Shown in pieces: positions 26,201 through 37,443 of a stretch of 64,000 nucleotides of DNA. The stretch is taken from NCBI GenBank assembly GCA_013239625.1, contig MU054049.1, positions 2,297,892-2,361,891 on the forward strand. Direction: 5' to 3'. How positions within the stretch are numbered: position 1 is the first letter of the stretch; each line of letters opens with the position of its first letter. The translations under genes were made by a program, and so were the position numbers. The notes beneath the pieces are model-generated. The model was not told the origin of the DNA and searched no databases. It saw nothing but the letters and a program-made list of their open reading frames with translations. The DNA is from Lama guanicoe (lineage: Eukaryota).

Positions 26201-27198
26201 CTAGGGTCCTGATCATGCAGTGACACACCTGGATCCACGATGTGCCACCAGGTGAGCACCATCCCCAGCACCATGTCTCGTGAGGTGTGCAGGTCCTCTG
26301 AAAATGCTGCTCCTGCAACTCACACCACTGTGTGGGAGAACTCTGCTCTTTGCTTGTTTGTCTTAGAGGTGAGGGTCCACAAAGGCACCCACAGAGCAGA
26401 TCGGTCCCCTCTGCCTGGGGCTGTAAATAAATCTCAGTCCTGCCTATGAAGTTGCAGATCCCCTGGGCACAGATTCAGGTTTCAGCCCCACCTGTGCCTG
26501 GGAGCCCTGGACCTGTGAATATTTTGCTATAACTGAGCTCCACCTCTCTTTACATGAGAACATGCCAGCAATGGTGCCGTGGGCCTGCTGAGGCAGAGGC
26601 TACAGCCCAGCTGCATTGCACCCCTCCCCTCAATGAGCACCAGCACTGTTGCTTTATTTATAGAGGACCCACCTACTCTGTTCTGTAGACACTCCTGGCC
26701 ACGGTGCACAGCACACTCCAGCCCCCTGAAGCTGCCCCTGCAGTCAGCCCCAGCCCTCCACCTGGCCCGGGCAACCAGTCCTGGCCACCCCCGCTGGCTC
26801 ATGTCTAGGGCTAGGATTGCAAGAACTCTTTGTGCCAATTTCTCTCAGTTCTGTTGTCCAAGTGGCTGCTGTGGGCTTCTTCAAGCCTCAGAGGTTCCCC
26901 CTCCAACCCCTCTGACCTCTCCATTGGAGGGGGGCATCCCAGGGTAAGAGTGCTATTCCTCCTTTGCCGCTCCCTCCCCATAGGACAGGTCCTACGCTAA
27001 TTTCCTTTTTCTTCTTTTTTCCTCCTACCAGGTTTTATGAGGAATCTTGTCTTTTGAAGTAGGCAATGTCTGTCAAAGTTCAGCAGGTGTTCTGAGCGAA
27101 TGGGTGGGTCCATGAATGTCTCTCTTGGTGTATTCGTGGGAGAGGGTGAGCTAAGAATGTCTTTCTACTCTGCTATCTTGGCATACCCAGCACCCCTA
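20276..27198 (-). mobile_element. Full-length, decayed LINE-1 (5'UTR ~27198-25697, ORF1 ~25696-24809, ORF2 ~24426-20646, 3'UTR/polyA)
   Basis: ORF1 starts MKKQRNHSQLKEQEKSPER. ORF2 endonuclease starts MAINTHLSIITISINGLNAPIKR. RT and C-terminal fragments include [22 protein letters not shown] and [15 protein letters not shown]-rich tail at the left end. TSD tccttaaactc at 20265-20275 and 27199-27209. Many frameshifts and stops. Confidence 0.93.
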
Positions 27199-27209
27199 TC
27201 CTTAAACTC

Positions 27210-28120
27210 GTTAGCTTTGGTTTTGAGGAGTTTGACTTAGAAATATAGCTTTATTTGTATTTATTCTGCCTGGATTTGACTGAGCTTCTTGAAGCTATAA
27301 ATTTATGTCTTTCACCAAAATTTGGGGAGTTTCTGGCCTTCATTTTTTCAAATATTTGTTCTGCTCCATTCTCTTTCAGCCCCCCTCTCCTCCTGGGACT
27401 CCAATTACATGTATACTAAACCTTTTGGTATCGTCTCATAGGTCTCTGAGGCCCTGTTCATGTAAAAAAGAACTTCTCTCTGTACTTTAGATTGGATCAT
27501 TTCTATTGGTCTATCTTCAAGTTCAGTATCTCTTTGCTCTGTCATCTCTGTTCCACTATTCAGCCTTTCTTTTTTTCAAAGATATTTTTTGTTTCTAGAA
27601 TTCTCACTTGGTGGTGGTAGTGGTGGTGGTGATTCGTGCTGCTGCTGGCCTTCCTCCTCCTCCTTCCACGTATAGTTCCCTGCTGAGGTTTCCCTTCCAT
27701 TTATCAATTGGTAGCATCCTTCCTTTAACTCATTAAGCACAGGTATAAAATCTTCATTAAAATCATTGTCTACTAATTCCAGCATCTGGGTCATCTTGTG
27801 ATTAGTTGGTTGTCTTTTCCCTTGAGACTAAGTCCCATTTTCCTAATGTTTTGTACATTGAGTAATTTTGAATTACGTCCTGGCTGTTGTGAATGTTACT
27901 TGCAGAGATTCTGAGTTGTATTCCTCTGAAGAGTGTTGATTTTTTTTTTAAAGCAATCAGTTAACTTGGTTAAACTTAAACCAAAAACTGTTTGAAAGAT
28001 CAAATTTCAGTTTGCTTTATCCTCAATTGAGCTGTTTCAAGCTGGCCCTGAGCTTATGTGGCTTAGGACTCAGCCTGAGATTGGCCCAGAGTTTATGTGG
28101 AAAATTGGTGCTTTCTCTCT
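27210..28120 (-). mobile_element. Old L1 (L1M-type) ORF1-region fragment, continuation of the element split by the younger L1
   Basis: Resumes with ctttggttttgaggagtttgact and tctttcaccaaaatttggggagtt, which are typical of the old L1 ORF1 antisense strand. Confidence 0.7.
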
Positions 28121-28149
28121 CCTGTGGCAGCAATAGATCTGTGCTACTT

Positions 28150-28440
28150 GGATATCCGGCTGCATAGGACATCCCTGACTCCCAGCATTGGATTTGCTGT
28201 GACGTTCATGCCAAGACCATTTTTGTCATCCCTGCCTGTTGCAAGATTTCTGTAACGGGAAGCTTTTGTTTAAGGACTCTCCATCAGCTGGAGTGAGACT
28301 TTCTTAGAGGTGCACTGCAGTCTGAAGCTCTTTCTGCCCAGCCTTTCCACAGGCATCAGACCCGCATCATCTCCCCTGCCTGCTTCTTTTCATTCCTGCT
28401 TCCTCCTCCTCACTCACATGGCCTGGTGGCATCTAAAAAG
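28150..28440. mobile_element. ERVL LTR (LTR16-like) remnant
   Basis: gcactgcagtctgaagctctttctgcccagc resembles the LTR16-family core; highly diverged. Confidence 0.35.
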
Positions 28441-29334
28441 GTTGGTATGTTGGCCCTCGCAGGGACAGGGAGCTGAGTAAGTGCATCTACCATGACCATA
28501 TGTCACCAAGGTCATTCACAAGTCTGGGGCAGTAAGACAGGACCTCAGTCACGCTGGTACCCATCCCAATGGGCAAGTTTCCTCAGAGGGACTTGTGGTT
28601 CCAGGAGTGCATACTCACCTCGCCCATCCCATGCTGGCCCTGGTAGGAGACTTTTACCTGGGTATGGACCTGCCAGCCTCCCCCATCAGTATACACCCTC
28701 CTGAAACCCTGCAGACCCTGCTGGCCCAATGCTGCAGCCAAGGGCTGGAGCCGGTGGGTTGGGAATGTGTTTAGGACACAGTGGATCACCAGCCCCAAGC
28801 TCAGGGCTGGCTCTGCTTCTTGGGCCTGAGGAAAGAAAATGCATTTTTTAAAAAGTCATGTTGGGTCTTTTGTCAGAGGAGAAAACAGCCCCCAGCTCCC
28901 ATGACAATTACTGGAATCTGTCGGCGAGGTGCCCGGCCAGGAGGAAGATGCCGGAGCAGCAAGCTGGTGCCTTATGCCAGCCTGAGGCCACCACCAGGGC
29001 ACAGAAGTGAGTGAGGTGGGTTCCCTGTCCTCCAGGGGCTCCAGTTCCAAGGCAGAGCCCACACGGGAGGGCAAGAGAGGTTTAGCCAAAGCCCTGGGGG
29101 AGAGACGAGCTGCGAGCAATCAAGGATATCTCCCCAGAGGGGGTGACATTTGGGATGTGTTTTGAAGAAAGAGCAGGAGCTTTCTGGGCCGAAAAAGAGG
29201 TAAAAGCACCTTTTATCCAGACTGGGCGTGGTGCGAGGCTTTTTCCTAGATGGAATCACAAGGGTTATGGCCTTTCTGTGCAGAGCAGGGATGTGAGCTG
29301 TTTAGGGTGATTGGAATATAGTGGGTAGAACTGC

Positions 29335-29382
29335 TTTATTTTTATGACAATTCATTCTTAATTCATCCAACAAGAATTTATT
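29335..29382 (-). terminator. ALOX5 candidate poly(A) signals (AATAAA at 29382-29377 and 29340-29335)
   Basis: Two tttatt hexamers on the + strand, ~440-480 nt past the stop codon. Confidence 0.65.
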
Positions 29383-29420
29383 TGGGCACCTAGTGTATGC
29401 AAGAAATTGGACTAAGCATA
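29345..29420 (-). mobile_element. L2 3' terminus inside the ALOX5 3'UTR
   Basis: The minus strand reads taggtgcccaaataaattcttgttggatgaattaagaatgaat, close to the L2 end taggtgctcaataaatatttgttgaatgaatgaat. Confidence 0.7.
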
Positions 29421-29817
29421 AATAGAACAAAAAGATAATCATCCCATGTTTCCAACAGGAACCACTTCCGATCAGTCACACCGCTGTGCTGTTTGGTGTG
29501 TGCTGTGGGAGCCTGGAGCTGGGTGCAGGGCAGGAAGCTACAGTCCTGCTCTGTGTAGGAAAGGTCCCTGCAGCATTTACACACTTTGATTGAAGTATGG
29601 AAAGACAGGAACAAACGGGAAAATGCACTGAAGCTTAGCAATGTCGTGGTCCAACCTGGAGAGCCTTTGGTTTGAAGCCAGTCCGCCTGGGGCCTGGGCC
29701 GAATTCCCAGGTATCCGAAGGCCTGCTGTGCGGCCGCCTGGGCGGGCTGGAGTCTGGGTGCTGAGCGCAGCCGCGAGCAGCTGGCCATCCCTGCGTGAGA
29801 TGGGCTCAGCCAGCCAC

Positions 29818-29997
29818 TCAGATGGCCACGCTGTTGGGAATCCGGTCCGGGGACAAGTAGTAATACGGCAGCTTCTTCTTCTTGTTGCGCTCAGCGATCA
29901 CACTGACGATGGCGTCCAGGTTCTTACGGAATCGGGCCATGGCCTCCTTCACTGGCTTCTCGATGAAATGCTCCTCTGGGTACATGCCCAGAAACAG
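29818..29997 (-). CDS. ALOX5: ALOX5 exon 14, coding part
   Basis: Encodes [59 protein letters not shown]; stop TGA at 29820-29818. Confidence 0.97.
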   Translation of the reverse strand: MFLGMYPEEHFIEKPVKEAMARFRKNLDAIVSVIAERNKKKKLPYYYLSPDRIPNSVAI

Positions 29998-30399
29998 CTG
30001 AGGACCCAGACACGGACAGAGGTGAACCCAGGATGAGGCAACGTAAACTGACAGACCTTGTCCCACCCCCAGAGACCATCCTTTATCTCTCCATCTCCAC
30101 CCTCTGCCACCTGCTGAGGGCACCCTGAGGATGCTGCTGGGCTGGGGCCTTGCAGGTAAATGGGGAAAAAAACTGCCCCACTGCAGAGGGACTATGGGAT
30201 GGGTAACAGTGCAGGTGAATGTGGGGGCTGTTGGTGGTCCTGGTGGGCATGTGGCTGTGGAGCCCTGCTCCGCCCTGTCCTCCCCAGCACTCCCGCCTTC
30301 CCTCCAGCCTAGGACAGCTACAGCCAGGATCTGCTGGGGGTGGGGTATGCTCATTTGCACACTCACACAGATGTCTGCAAAATAAAACTAGGTGTATCT

Positions 30400-30594
30400 T
30401 GGCAGGAGGTTATAGCGCAGTGGTAGAGCTCATGCTTAGCATGCATGAGGTCCTGGGTTCAATCCCCAGTACCTCCATCAAAAATAAATACAAATAAACC
30501 AAATTACTTCTGCCCCTCCCCCCCCAAAATCCCAAAACAATAAAGAGCAATGCAATAAAAACAACAAACCAAGCAGGCCCCCCTCCAAACAAAC
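30400..30594 (+). mobile_element. tRNA-derived SINE (camelid Vic-1-like) in ALOX5 intron 13
   Basis: A-box tagcgcagtggtag, B-box ggttcaatccc and an A-rich tail. 16-bp TSD aaaactaggt(g/a)tatct at 30384-30399 and 30595-30610. Confidence 0.88.
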
Positions 30595-31326
30595 AAAACT
30601 AGGTATATCTCAAAAAAAAAATATGAGAGTGTTAAAAATTGGGCTGGAAAGGGTGGGAGAAACATCCTGAGCTATTGATGGGATTTTGATTTAGTCTGTG
30701 GAGGGCAATTCAGCCTCAACATTCTTTGACCAAGAAATTCCTCCGTAAGGAATGTATTCCTTGGTCCTATTGTACACAGGAGCAAAGACACATATACAGA
30801 GATGTTAGTGAGGGACCAGCACACTAACAAAAGCCCCAGAGCAACTGAGATCCATCAAAACGCCCACAAGTCCAGGGCTGGTTGAACCACAGGTCATTCT
30901 GGTCGTTCTGGGCAGCACTGAGCCAAGGGGTTGTGTCTACCAACAGCCAGCTTTGGGATTAGGTTCAATAAGGTGTACTTGCGTGGGAGAGTCTGGAAGG
31001 AGACCCGGAAAACCCTTAGCCCTCTCCTCTGGGGTGTCAGGGACAACCCACATGAGAGAGCTTCGTCAGTGGCGGGGGTGCTGGGTGTGCCCTTGAACTG
31101 TGAACATCACGGTGGAGCACTGTCCCACTGCTCTCCTGCCAAGGCCACCCTGAGCTTCATCCAGGCTCGGGCCTGAGGACTCCTGGGCCCCTCTAGCCTT
31201 GAAAGTCAAATTCCTGGTCAGCAGGGGTCCAGCCTGAGCTCTAAACCACAAAACCCTGATGTTGAGGAATGGGTTAAACCAGAGTGACTGTCCCACCAAA
31301 GGGGGCGAAAAGGCTTCCGGCCTCAC

Positions 31327-31497
31327 CTCATTGTCCTGAAACTGGCTCAGCGCCCACACTGCTCCCAGATGCCAGCAGGAGCGGCCGCGGTCCGGCAGTG
31401 TATCCACGATCTGCTCGATGGTGACCACGCCCTTGGTGGTGGGTGGTGGGGCCCGCATGGTTGGCGGGGCGTTGGGGATCCAGGAGCACCAGTCGTA
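31327..31497 (-). CDS. ALOX5: ALOX5 exon 13
   Basis: Encodes [57 protein letters not shown]; 171 nt. Confidence 0.96.
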
Positions 31498-31784
31498 CTG
31501 CAGGGATGGCCACCGAATCACGTGGGTGCCTCACCCCATACCCCTCCTCCTCCCCTAGGGCCCCTCCTCCCACTCCAGTGGGGCCGGGGCAGCCCCTCTC
31601 CAAGGCTGGTGCCCTGAGCTTAGCTGCCATGTCGGCACCGGGAACACCCGATTCCTGGCCCTGAGGCTTCCCCAGGTTTCCTCCGCCCCTGCCATCTGTC
31701 TGGAAGACTAGGACCAGGGGCGGCCCGCCTGGAGCACCCCCAGAAGCAGTCTAGGTGAGGCAGCCAGGCCCTGCCCTCGCCCAC

Positions 31785-31885
31785 CTGGCCGAAGTTCACT
31801 GCCGCATGTTGGGCTGAGGCTGTGAAGATCACCACCGTCAGGTACTCGGACAGCTTCTTCTTGGTCTTGATGGACTTGGGGAAGC
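31785..31885 (-). CDS. ALOX5: ALOX5 exon 12
   Basis: Encodes [33 protein letters not shown]; 101 nt. Confidence 0.96.
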
Positions 31886-32263
31886 CTGAGGCAGAGCCAT
31901 GGACTGGCTGAAGCCTGACCCCAGGGAAGGGCACCCCACTAGCAGACACCCACCCTGCAACCTGGACCCGGTCCCTGGGTGCCCCCACAGTACTCGAGGG
32001 CTCAGGCCTGGGCAAGGCACTCTGGGAGGGGGCAGCTGCTGGGCCCCATGTTCCTGTTGTTTCTAACCTGGGCTCTCAGGAGCCACAGAAAATCCCTGAC
32101 ATGTCCCCATCAGACACACTGGTGGGCATGGGTCCCCAGGGGGCTCTGGCTCCAGCGGCGGGTACTGAAGTGGGGGGCCAAAGGCCAGCTTTACCCAAAG
32201 AAAATCAGAGGAGCAGGGAAGAGCAGAAGAGTGGGATGGGAGGAGGGCTGGGGGCAGCCCTAC

Positions 32264-32385
32264 CTGAGGCCTTCCTGCCCCGCATGCCGTACATATAAAC
32301 GTCATTCACGAAGTCCTGCAGCTCCAGGTCCTCCTCCACCACCTGGTCGCTCTCATAGTAGATGTCCACCACCTCGGCTGTGAAC
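32264..32385 (-). CDS. ALOX5: ALOX5 exon 11
   Basis: Encodes [41 protein letters not shown]; 122 nt, junctions cag|g ... g|gtaggg. Confidence 0.95.
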
Positions 32386-32629
32386 CTGGCTCAGGAGGAG
32401 AGGCCCAGCAAGGAGTGGGTGACCCTGTCACCTACTCCTTAATGTCCAGACTCAGGTCACACACCCTGCCGCCCCACCCATTCCTCCATCAGTCCCTTGA
32501 CCACAGAGCCAGGCCCTGCCCACTGGATCAGCTGTCCGGGCACCCGGCTGGGTCCATCAGAGCCCGCGCCTGCTCCTCCTGCCGGACCTCCGCTCCTGAG
32601 CAGGGCGGGTCCCACAGCCCTGCACTCAC

Positions 32630-32808
32630 GTCTTGATGGCCTCCCACACCAGAAGCCCGTCGTCCCGGTAGAAGTAGTAGGGAATGTCTTCCGTGCTGTC
32701 CATGCCCCGGGCCTTGATGGCCTCAGGGAAGCACAGGGAGCTGTAGGTCAGGTTCTGCATGGCCTTCTGCACCATCTGCACGTGCCCACCGCCCCCCGTG
32801 GCGTTGGC
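32630..32808 (-). CDS. ALOX5: ALOX5 exon 10
   Basis: Encodes [60 protein letters not shown]; 179 nt. Confidence 0.96.
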
Positions 32809-33377
32809 CTGGAGCGGGAGGGGCGAGAACGCAGTGAGCCGAGGCTGCCTCCCCCTCTCCAGCCTTCCAGGCCCAAAGCTCAGCATGAAGAAGTATGGAA
32901 AGGCAGTGGGCGGGCCAGGCACGCAAGGGGCAAACCCGTGTTCCGTGAGGTGGCGTGGGAGGGACACTGAACTTGGAGAAAGCCAAGGGCAGCCCAACCA
33001 AGGAGGAGGTTACAGGGAGGAGCCTCTGCTGGATTCGCTGTGAGGGGCTGAAGTGCAGGGGTGTGTGCAGAGACGGGGGCAGCTGCAGGAGGGTGGGCAG
33101 TGGGGAGAGCTGGCAGGGTGGGGCCCGGGCCAGACCAGCCCTTGGACCTGCCCTAGTTCTGAGCACAGGCTGCCTGGAGCCCGAGCACTGCTCTCAGTGA
33201 CCTGACCTTTGGGCACAAGGCGCAGATATCAGTCCCCAGGACCCAAATGACTCTCTGAGGGCCAGTCGTGTGCTTAGGTGAGGGCTGGAGAGGTGCCCAA
33301 GGAGGAGTCCTGGTCCCCCTCCCGGCTGCGGAGATGCACACACATGTGCTTTGTGAGCAGGTGCACGTGTGCTCGCG

Positions 33378-33403
33378 CACACACACACACACACACACAC
33401 ACA
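33378..33403. repeat. (CA)13 microsatellite, ALOX5 intron 9
   Basis: Perfect dinucleotide run. Confidence 0.95.
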
Positions 33404-34543
33404 GTGGCTGAGCACTCAGGGCATAGAACCTTCAGAGGACTTGGGGGTGGGATGCCAGACATTGGTCCACAGTGGGTGTCTGACCCCAGGAGGACCAACA
33501 GAGTTGCTCCCTGGTACTTCCTGTTTGGATGGAAGATGGTCCTTGTGTGGGCACATGAGCTTGGAGCTCACCATGATGACATCCTGTCCCTCCTCCCACG
33601 GGATGTGCCAACTTGCAGAGTCCATCTGGGACAATGAGACCCACACAGTTTAAAGAGTGGGCTTGTACATTACTCAAGTCCCTGGCCCCTGTGCTATCCC
33701 CAGGAGGCACACTGTGGGCAGGGGTCACTTAGGGGCTCTGGGTCTAGTGCTGGGTGCTGAGGTGGAGGCCACAGGCCAGCGTTGCCCATGGGCTCCCAGC
33801 TGAGGCTCCCTCACCCTAAAACATCTAGGTTTAGGAGATGCTACAGCTCCTTTCCAGCTGCAGCTGGTTTGAGTTGGGTTTTGTCATTTTCCACCCAGGG
33901 ACTCAACCCTAGTGATAGCCTGGCTGGCTCACTAGTAGGAGGTGGGAAAGGGATGAAGCCTGGGGTGAAGGCTGCAGGGAGGGTCCAGGCTCAGTAAGGC
34001 TTCAGCGGGGTCAAAACAAGGTGGAATGCTGCCTGAGAGAACGTGACGGGGACCCGAGGCCCTGCTGAGGGGGAGAGTGGGCCAGGAGTGCTGACGGCCT
34101 GGAAGGGCAGAGGGTGGGAGGCTGTGCTGAGTGATGGGCAGCAGTGGGAGGGGGATGCAGGTCCCCAGTGTGTCAGAGGTGCGGAGCAAGTGCCAGGAGG
34201 CAGGGTATACACCCGCATGTCAGAGGATGGGGAGGGGATGGGCAGGAGGAGAGGACAGGGAGACCCCGGTGCAGAGGAAGAACTGGGGGTGCTGGGAGGA
34301 GGAGAGCTCGTCCAGTGGCTGGGCAGAAGGGGCAGACCCCGGCCAGGGAGCCAGGGAGACTTCACTCTGAGTGCTCTCGGCCTCCCGCCCTGCACAGGCC
34401 TTCGCCCCCGTGGTCCCTAGAGGGCTGGTCTCCCCAGGGGAAATCTGGACCTCAGGTCAAGGTGGAGGTCGTGGAGGTTCTGAGAAGTGGGTGCCTGCCA
34501 AGCCAGGCTCTTCCCGGCACCGAGGCGGGTAGGGGGCACCCAC

Positions 34544-34630
34544 CTTGTCAAAGAGGCCATACTCGCAGATGAGCTGCTCCCGGGCCTTGGTGTTGATGGC
34601 GATGGTGAACCGCACGTGGGCCACCAGGAG
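34544..34630 (-). CDS. ALOX5: ALOX5 exon 9
   Basis: Encodes [29 protein letters not shown]; 87 nt, junctions cag|ctc ... aag|gtgggt. Confidence 0.96.
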
Positions 34631-34854
34631 CTGGGGGAAGGGGCAGAGAAGACCTCAGAGAAGGCCCAACCAGGGCCTCCTGACCAGGTCTGCACCTCCT
34701 CGGGTGCCCCCAGGGACCCTTGGCACCTGCACCTCAGTCCCTTGGGGAGGCGCGATGCTAGGGCCTGGGGAGGGAGTGAAGGTTGCCGTGGTGACCTTCA
34801 TTGCTCAGCAGCTGCTGGAGGATGCAGCCCTGATGCTCAACCATAATGATAATG

Positions 34855-35055
34855 AAAAAAATGCCAACAGTCAACGCTTACATAGAGCGGCCTGGCACTG
34901 TCTGAAGCCCTCTGAATTTAACTCTCATAACCCTGACAGTAATCCTCTGGGGCAGGTGTGCTAATTCAATCTCTGTTTCACAGATGGAGGAATGGAGGGA
35001 CACAGAGATATACTGAGCCTGCCGTCAGCCCCGCAGTCAGTGCAGCCAGGATTTG
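34855..35055 (-). mobile_element. MIR SINE
   Basis: Core tgtttcacagatggaggaatggagggacacagaga is MIR-like. Confidence 0.6.
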
Positions 35056-35356
35056 CAAAGAGAGAGGGGCTGTGATAGTGGGGGCTGCCACGTGGGATCA
35101 GACAGGGTCACACTGAACTCATTTGCCTCCTTGGACTCTGCCCCCTCCCGCTAGGCTAGCCTGATCCCTGGTCAGGCCCACGCCTGTGTCCTCGGAGCTG
35201 CTTCCTTCCTCTGCGGCATTTCTCAAGGGTCTCTTCTGGCCCCTCCCAGACACAGATCTGTGGGGGTGTCAGTGCCCCTCCTCCCTCCCTCCCTCCTGTC
35301 CCCCACCCCAATATCCAATACCCTCTCTCTCTAGGTGAGGTAGTAGCTTTCAGTAC

Positions 35357-35560
35357 CTTGAAAATAGGGTGCACAGCAGGCAGCTGGCGGTACATGGCGA
35401 TGCCAAAAACCTCAGACACCAGATGTGTGCACAGAAGGTGGGTGATGGTCTGGTGGACGTGGAAGTCACTGGAACGCACCCAGATTTTGGCCAGAAGCCA
35501 GTCATACTTGGCATCCGAAGGGAGAAAAATGGGGTTCTCATCTCCCGGGACCTGGCTGAG
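35357..35560 (-). CDS. ALOX5: ALOX5 exon 8 (iron-binding histidines)
   Basis: Encodes [68 protein letters not shown]; 204 nt, GT-AG. Confidence 0.97.
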
Positions 35561-36484
35561 CTGATACATTGGAGAAAGAGAATGCATTGCAATATTTCGC
35601 TCCAGACTGTAGCCGTAGGAGAGCCTGGCTTCTCAGGCACCTCTGGGAAAATCCAAATCTCTTTTTCAACAGTAACTTCTGACTCACGAGAGGATCAGGG
35701 AGGAGGGCAGTGGCCCAGGGTTCGTACTTCCCATCCCAGCTGCCAGAGAAGCTATAACATATCGCCTGTTGCCAGACGCGCCCATCATGCCAGATACATG
35801 GTGCCCTTCTCTTTCAGAGAAGATTTGGGACCAGCTGAGCATCCTCATGGCCCTTCACCTTCAAAAAGGGCTGGTTAGCAGCATAGACCCAGGGGCCAGA
35901 ACACTTGCTACCTGTGGGACCCTGGACAACTTAGCCTTTCTGAGCTCCGTTCACCATCCGTACCAAGGGGACAGTGTTCACTCATGGTGTTATTCGGGGA
36001 AATAAATAAAATGGCATCACAGGAGTGAGTGACAATGTATGAGGCACGTGCTGTGTGGTCTCCCATCTGCTCCCCATCCCCATTCCTCCCTCCTGGTCCC
36101 ACGCTTCTCTGCTGCAGCCTTCTGGTCTCCCACACTTTCCCTTCCTCTGCTCATCCCTGAAATTCTGTTGTTCCCCAGGCCCTGTCTTAGAGCTCCTAAA
36201 TTCCCGTCTCACCCTCAGTCAGCTCGTCCAGCTGACGGGCTCCAGGGCCCTCGTGAAGCACTGCCCCAGGTCACTGTTCCTCAAGGCCAGACCTGCCGCC
36301 AGGTGCCCCCTTAGTAGACACTGGCTTGTCTTTCCCTCCAGTTTCAACTCTACACTGGGGCCATGCAAATCATGTCATGTCCATCCCATCTTTAAAAACA
36401 CTCGGTGACCTCTTAACGCCAGAAAATAAAGCCCCCAAACTCCGTGATCTGGTCCCCATCTACCTCAGAGACTTGTAGCGATGA

Positions 36485-36828
36485 TTACATGAATAAAGGG
36501 AGGTCCTGGTCTGAAACCCTGATGGCCAAATGTTTCAGAATCCAGAATTTTTAGGATATTAGCAGTGTGCACACTTCATTATGCGACACCTCTCTCCCCT
36601 GCCCTGGGTCTGGGCAACACAATATTTTACATTCAAACACATTAGTATTTCTGCAGCGAAATGCATGCATTTCACATTGAGTGGGAGAAAGCCTCTTAAA
36701 CAGTCTCTCGTACAAGCCTAGAACAAACAAGCTTTGCTACCAATGAATTTGCTGCAAATTTTGGAAAAATCTAACAGTTTTAGAATATTTTAAATCTCAG
36801 AATAGAGGGTAAGGGATTGTGGACTGTG
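36485..36828. mobile_element. Tigger-derived MITE (MER46C-like)
   Basis: Terminal atctcagaatagagggtaagggattgtggactgt and internal tgtttcagaatccagaatttttag motifs. Confidence 0.55.
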
Positions 36829-37443
36829 CAGGCAAACCCTTGGGATGTGGCGAACGCCTGGCAAAGTCAGCTGCTACTACGCCCACAGGACCCAATGCCA
36901 GGGTCATGGCTGACTCTGAGCACTGCTTGCTGTGTGCTTGTCTGCCTTCCCCTTGGGGGCCTCTGTGCAGCCTCCCGCTTCATGGACCTACCCCTGGCCC
37001 TGGCTGGGGTGTCCGCACAGCAGCTCCCACAGTGTCGCAGTGGCCTGGTGCCACTGTCCTTGGTAGAAACAAGAACCTGGGGGCTCTTGAAGATAGCATC
37101 CCAGGACTGGCACAGTTCCTGACTCCCAGCCTCCAGCTCATCTCACAGCCACACCTGCCTGGCCCCTGCTGCTATTTTGATTTGGGACTGGTCAGGATGC
37201 TGGGGTGGGGAGCCCAGCAGGCTATCCCAGGGGAGGTCCTTCGCAGAGCCAGGAAGTTCTCCTGTGTGTCCCAGGGAGTGGAGCTCTTTCTGCCCACTGT
37301 GGTCAGCCCTCCCACCAGCTGGCAGGAAGCCTTGCTTTTCTTGTTCACATGGCGGCACCCTCGCAGTCTTCAGCACCCTCCTTAGGAGACTCGAGGCAGA
37401 GCTGCCTCCTCCTCCTGGAAGAAAACAGGGCCAGGCAGCCTAC

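Noticed and set aside
30400..30480. tRNA-like sequences here and near 54800, 58180 and 61160
   Set aside because: A-rich tails, TSDs and divergence show they are SINE heads, not tRNA genes.
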